64,000 bases of DNA. It comes from an uncultured delta proteobacterium (GTDB lineage: Bacteria > Desulfobacterota > Syntrophorhabdia > Syntrophorhabdales > WCHB1-27). The translations under genes were made by a program, and so were the position numbers. Shown here piece after piece: positions 59,940-64,000 of this stretch. Positions within the stretch are counted from its first letter, which is position 1, and the number at the start of each line of letters is the position of its first letter. The notes beneath the pieces are model-generated. The model was not told the origin of the DNA, did not search any database, and saw only the letters and a list, made by a program, of their open reading frames with translations. Location of the stretch: contig CAWEPK010000008.1 of NCBI GenBank assembly GCA_963810935.1, forward strand, positions 576,001 to 640,000. The letters run 5' to 3'.

Positions 59940-59964
59940 TTGTTTCACCCTCCTTGCGCTTACC

Positions 59965-60849
59965 CTATACCGTTTTGTTTATCTCTTTCGCGAGATCCGG
60001 AAGCAGACCGCGCAGCGAGTTCGCATAAGCCTCCATCCCTTTCTCCTGGGGCATTGCGAGAGCTTCGTGCGCGAATATTCTCGCCATGGACGACCTGTTC
60101 CGCAGGTAGCAGTTATACGCAGAGGCGTACAGAAAAAGGAACTTCGCGTTCGCGTTCGAGCGGTCGATCTTGATGACCTTCTGCAAGAGGCCCCTCGCTA
60201 TCTGAAAATACTCGCTTTCCAGATAGCTTACGGCCGCCTTCAGGATGAGCGTCGCGCGGCCGTTCTCGTACATCTCGTCGAGCAGGTCCTTGTAACCGGT
60301 CTTTCCGTATATCGCGATCAGCGGCCTCTCGTTCTCCAGAATGAAACGCGGCAGCAGGTAATTGTCCTTGTAGAGCTTGATGAGGTCCCTTACCTGGACC
60401 ACCATGTCTTTCGCGAGCGTCCTTACCTCTTTAAGGCCTTCGTTAACCCTCTTCTTGGCCTTCATGATAAGGGCGTCGAACTCATGGATCACTTTTTTCT
60501 CTGCCGGGGTCAGCTCCGGGGAGCTGACGAGCATGCTGTAGCGCGGGTTATAGTATTCAAGCTGATATATGCATTCCCGGAGCTTCATCGCCTCGTGAAA
60601 GATGTAGCCTACGGTAATGTCGTAGAACTTCTCTTTGTAAGAGACCTCGGCGCCGTTCCGGAACAGGTCGTGGCACATCTGCTTCAGCCTGAAGAGGCTG
60701 CTCTTCCCCTTGTCGTCGACCAGCTCCTCGACGTCCGAGAAGGTCAGATCGCCCCTCCGGTGCAGCTCAAGGCAGTGGTTGCACGTCCTGTGAACGGAGA
60801 TAAACTCGTTAATTAGGTCTATCTGCTTCTTTTCTATATTCAGGTTCAT
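59965..60849 (-). CDS. hypothetical helical protein with TPR-like C-terminus
   Basis: 294 aa ORF overlapping the ftsH 3' end, host-like codon usage. Confidence 0.75.
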   Translation of the reverse strand: MNLNIEKKQIDLINEFISVHRTCNHCLELHRRGDLTFSDVEELVDDKGKSSLFRLKQMCHDLFRNGAEVSYKEKFYDITVGYIFHEAMKLRECIYQLEYYNPRYSMLVSSPELTPAEKKVIHEFDALIMKAKKRVNEGLKEVRTLAKDMVVQVRDLIKLYKDNYLLPRFILENERPLIAIYGKTGYKDLLDEMYENGRATLILKAAVSYLESEYFQIARGLLQKVIKIDRSNANAKFLFLYASAYNCYLRNRSSMARIFAHEALAMPQEKGMEAYANSLRGLLPDLAKEINKTV

Positions 60850-62752
60850 TTTCGGAGATTATCTCTCTCCCTTCGTTGTATTCGCGCACCAGCTTGCGTA
60901 GTTCTTCCCCCTCGATTACTTCTTTCTCGAGGAGGACGGAAGCTATCTTTTCTAGGAGCGGCTTCTTTTCGCCGAGCGTCTCCTTGACCTTCACATACAT
61001 GCCCTCGACTATGTCCTTGATCTCGTTGTCTATCTCCCTGGCCGTCTCTTCGCTGTAGTCCTTGAAATGTGAGTCGGGGCTGATGTCGAGGAACATCGAC
61101 TTACGCTCTTTTTCATAAGTGATGTGGCCGATCCGTTCGCTCATGCCGAATTCCTTGACCATCGACTTGGCGATATCGGTCGCCTTCGACAGGTCGTCAT
61201 GGCCGCCCGTAGATACTTGGCCGAAGATCAGCTCTTCGGCCACCCTGCCTCCGAGAAGGACGGCCAGGCGGTCGAGCAGCTCCTGTTTCGTCATAAGGTA
61301 ACGGTCCTCGGTAGGCCGCTGCATGGTGTAACCCAGGGCCGCGATGCCCCTCGGTATGATCGATATCTTGTGCACCGGGTCGGACGTCTCTATAAGCGAC
61401 GCCATGAGAGCATGGCCCGTCTCGTGGTAGGCCACTATCTCTTTTTCCCTCCTGTTCATCACCTTTTTCTTCTTTTCCAGTCCGGCCAAAAGCCGGTCAA
61501 TGGCCTCGTCGAACTCCGCGCTCGTTACGGACGGCTTACCCTTTCTGGCAGTAAGGAGCGCCGCCTCGTTCACTAGGTTCGCCAGGTCCGCGCCGACGAA
61601 GCCGGGGGTCCTGGCCGCCACGATGGACAGGTCGACGTCTTTCCCGATCTTCACCCCTTTGGCATGGACCTTGAGGATCGCTTCCCTACCGTTTATGTCC
61701 GGCCTGTCGACGAGCACGTGCCTGTCGAACCTGCCCGGCCTAAGCAGTGCCGGGTCGAGTATCTCCGGCCTGTTCGTCGCGGCCATGATGATGACGCCTT
61801 TCTTCGTATCGAAGCCGTCCATCTCGGCAAGGAGCTGGTTAAGCGTCTGCTCCCTCTCGTCATGGGACGCCAGTGGATTCAGGCCGCGGGCCTTGCCCAG
61901 TGCGTCGAGCTCGTCGATAAAGATGATGCAGGGCGCCTTTTCCTGCGCCTGGGCGAAAAGGTCCCTGACCCTCGCAGCGCCCACGCCGACGAACATCTCC
62001 ACAAAGTCCGACCCGCTCATGCTGAAGAACGGGACTTTAGCCTCGCCGGCTACGGCCTTCGCAAGCAGGGTCTTTCCCGTGCCCGGGGCGCCCACAAGTA
62101 AGATGCCTTTCGGTATCTTGCCCCCGATGTTAAGGAATTTCTGCGGCATTCGGAGGAAATCGATGATCTCCTTCAGCTCGTCCTTTGCCTCCTCGACGCC
62201 TGCCACGTCGTCGAAAGTAACGGTTATCTCGTTCTGGCCGAATATCTTGCTCCGGCTTTTCCCGAAGTTGAGCACGCCTGACGGAGCGCCGCCCATCCTC
62301 TTCATGAGGAGGTTCCATATCACAACGATCGCAATAAACGGCAGGACCCATGAGATCAGCCCTTTAAGGAGCTTGTTCTCGTACTGGCCGCTGTACTTGA
62401 CGTTATGGCTTTGAAGCTCCTTGACCAAGTCCGGGTCGTCCACCCTGGCGGTAGTGAACTTCGCCACTTTGCCGTCGTCCTGTCTGACGCTGCCCTGTAC
62501 GCCCTCGCTGCTTATCGTTACGTCGCTCACCTGCCCCTTCGCCAAGTCCTGCTTGAACTCGCTGTAAGGGATAGTCTTTATCTCGGAGTTCGACATGTAA
62601 TTGTTGATTACGATGATAGCCAGAAAAGCTACGACGAAGTAGAGAAAGGTAAAGTTTCTCGTCTTCTTGTCCTTGCTTGAGGTTTCTTTCGGCTTTAATT
62701 CAAGGAACGGGTTTCTACCGCTCTTCTTATTGGCGGTCTTCCTCTTCTGCAT
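60809..62752 (-). CDS. ftsH: ATP-dependent zinc metalloprotease FtsH
   Basis: Two TMs, [26 protein letters not shown]; start probably ATG 62752. Confidence 0.96.
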   Translation of the reverse strand: MQKRKTANKKSGRNPFLELKPKETSSKDKKTRNFTFLYFVVAFLAIIVINNYMSNSEIKTIPYSEFKQDLAKGQVSDVTISSEGVQGSVRQDDGKVAKFTTARVDDPDLVKELQSHNVKYSGQYENKLLKGLISWVLPFIAIVVIWNLLMKRMGGAPSGVLNFGKSRSKIFGQNEITVTFDDVAGVEEAKDELKEIIDFLRMPQKFLNIGGKIPKGILLVGAPGTGKTLLAKAVAGEAKVPFFSMSGSDFVEMFVGVGAARVRDLFAQAQEKAPCIIFIDELDALGKARGLNPLASHDEREQTLNQLLAEMDGFDTKKGVIIMAATNRPEILDPALLRPGRFDRHVLVDRPDINGREAILKVHAKGVKIGKDVDLSIVAARTPGFVGADLANLVNEAALLTARKGKPSVTSAEFDEAIDRLLAGLEKKKKVMNRREKEIVAYHETGHALMASLIETSDPVHKISIIPRGIAALGYTMQRPTEDRYLMTKQELLDRLAVLLGGRVAEELIFGQVSTGGHDDLSKATDIAKSMVKEFGMSERIGHITYEKERKSMFLDISPDSHFKDYSEETAREIDNEIKDIVEGMYVKVKETLGEKKPLLEKIASVLLEKEVIEGEELRKLVREYNEGREIISENEPEYRKEADRPN

Positions 62753-62838
62753 ACTAGATTTTAACAGAAAATCTTGCTCTTTGCACGCCCCTTCCGGGGT
62801 GACTCCCACCTTGAATATTGTCATCGGGGACAGGTTTG

Positions 62839-63792
62839 TCAAATTGTGCATGGTGGCGCCGTCTGTGCTTCATATAGCACGCCGTACCGTGCTCCTCGCG
62901 TGCTCACCGTAAACCGGTCGCCGCCGTAAGCGGAGACGATCTGCTCCATGAGAATAATCCCCTGCAGCAGGAGGTCTTCCCTGCCGCGCTCCATGCCGGG
63001 TAGTCCCCTGCGGGTGGCAGTGCTCATCGGGGCAAGCCGGTCTATCCATCGGCGCAGCTCCGAAAGGGATATCTGCATGCCGTGTATCTTTTCCTTATCG
63101 AACTTGTGTTGGCCGAGAAGCATCGCCGCCAAGGTAGTGATCGTGCCTGCCATACCGACTATGTTCAAGTCCCCCTGCCCTGCCGGCACGCCTTTCGGCC
63201 GGTTGGCATCGACCTCGGCCCGGACGAAGCCGGACAAAGCCGCTATCTCGCCGCCCGCCGGCGGGTCGTGCTTTATGAAGCGCTCGGTCAGTTTCACCGT
63301 GCCGATGGGGAGCGAGACGTAGTCCAGAAGGCTCTCCCTGTCGCCTAGCGTTATCTCCGTGCTACCGCCGCCGATATCGACGATAAGGAGGCGACTGCCT
63401 TTTATAGCCGGGTCGTTCCTGACGGACAGGTACGTATAATAGGCCTCCTCCCGCCCGCTTATCACCCTTATGTCGAAACCCGCCCGCTGCCGGGCCATGT
63501 CGAGGAATTCGTCCCGGTTTGCCGCTTCCCGGAGCGCGCTCGTGCCAAAGCAGACGGCGCCCGGCACGCCGTAGCCATCCAGGACGCGGCGGTAGGCTTC
63601 GAGGACGGCGGCGGTGCGCTCCATAGCAATGGGGCCGAGTGCGCCGGTCGAGAGCAGGCCCTCTCCGAGCCGCGTGATCGTGGAGGTGTCGAGAAGCTCT
63701 TTGAAAGTCTCGTTCGATTCCATGACCAGCAGCAGGACCGCATTCGTCCCAATGTCGATCGACGCGCAGCGCCGTTTTGTGGAGATTGACAA
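62839..63792 (-). CDS. ppx: Ppx/GppA family phosphatase
   Basis: IDIGTN, TSALREA, EAYY, VDIGGGSTE. Confidence 0.9.
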   Translation of the reverse strand: MSISTKRRCASIDIGTNAVLLLVMESNETFKELLDTSTITRLGEGLLSTGALGPIAMERTAAVLEAYRRVLDGYGVPGAVCFGTSALREAANRDEFLDMARQRAGFDIRVISGREEAYYTYLSVRNDPAIKGSRLLIVDIGGGSTEITLGDRESLLDYVSLPIGTVKLTERFIKHDPPAGGEIAALSGFVRAEVDANRPKGVPAGQGDLNIVGMAGTITTLAAMLLGQHKFDKEKIHGMQISLSELRRWIDRLAPMSTATRRGLPGMERGREDLLLQGIILMEQIVSAYGGDRFTVSTRGARYGVLYEAQTAPPCTI

Positions 63793-63820
63793 AATGTTAT
63801 AAAAAGTAAATAATTACACA

Positions 63821-64000
63821 GTGGATGTCAACTGGTACGCAGCCTTTTCTGCCGGGCTCATCTCGTTCTTCAGCCCGTGCATTTTGCCCCTCGTCCCCTC
63901 GTTCCTGATCTATATCAGCGGCGCCACCATCCGCGATTGCAGCGACTTCCAGGATAAGTCGTTCCGCCGCAGCGTACTCCTCCATTCTGTTTTTTTCATT
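63821..64000 (+). CDS. ccdA: cytochrome c biogenesis protein CcdA (partial)
   Basis: Own translation: MDVNWYAAFSAGLISFFSPCILPLVPSFLIYISG..., runs off the window end. Confidence 0.85.
   Translation, partial: MDVNWYAAFSAGLISFFSPCILPLVPSFLIYISGATIRDCSDFQDKSFRRSVLLHSVFFI

Overview
GC-rich bacterial chromosomal window. BamBC-type genes, the rpsU-yqeY-mutS2-dnaG-rpoD operon and a GEMM-I riboswitch suggest (inference) an anaerobic deltaproteobacterial/Desulfobacterota aromatic degrader. Most of it is housekeeping: degP, tRNA-Phe, ald, the rpoD operon, purA, PMM/PGM, treZY, a second EF-G, birA, coaX, cobSC, aspC, tilS, ftsH, ppx and ccdA. The most novel-looking element is a ~10 kb minus-strand catabolic operon (5135-15281). 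It encodes a FadR regulator, a PreA/PyrD-like flavoprotein with 2x[4Fe-4S], three RraA/HMG-aldolase paralogues, a reverse-order (alpha-beta) fused Fe-S serine-dehydratase-like enzyme, a NadB/SdhA-like FAD enzyme and a TAXI-TRAP transporter. The flavoproteins and the dehydratase all have rewritten substrate-binding motifs. Also notable are an A20-type (likely c-AMP-GMP) GEMM-I riboswitch in front of a VPLPA-CTERM surface protein next to an integrase relic at tRNA-Phe, and a stand-alone bamB-bamC-moeA unit. Three genes carry single-base frameshifts that may be sequencing errors. No CRISPR array, rRNA or intact mobile element was seen. All family assignments come from motif recognition by eye, not from database searches.
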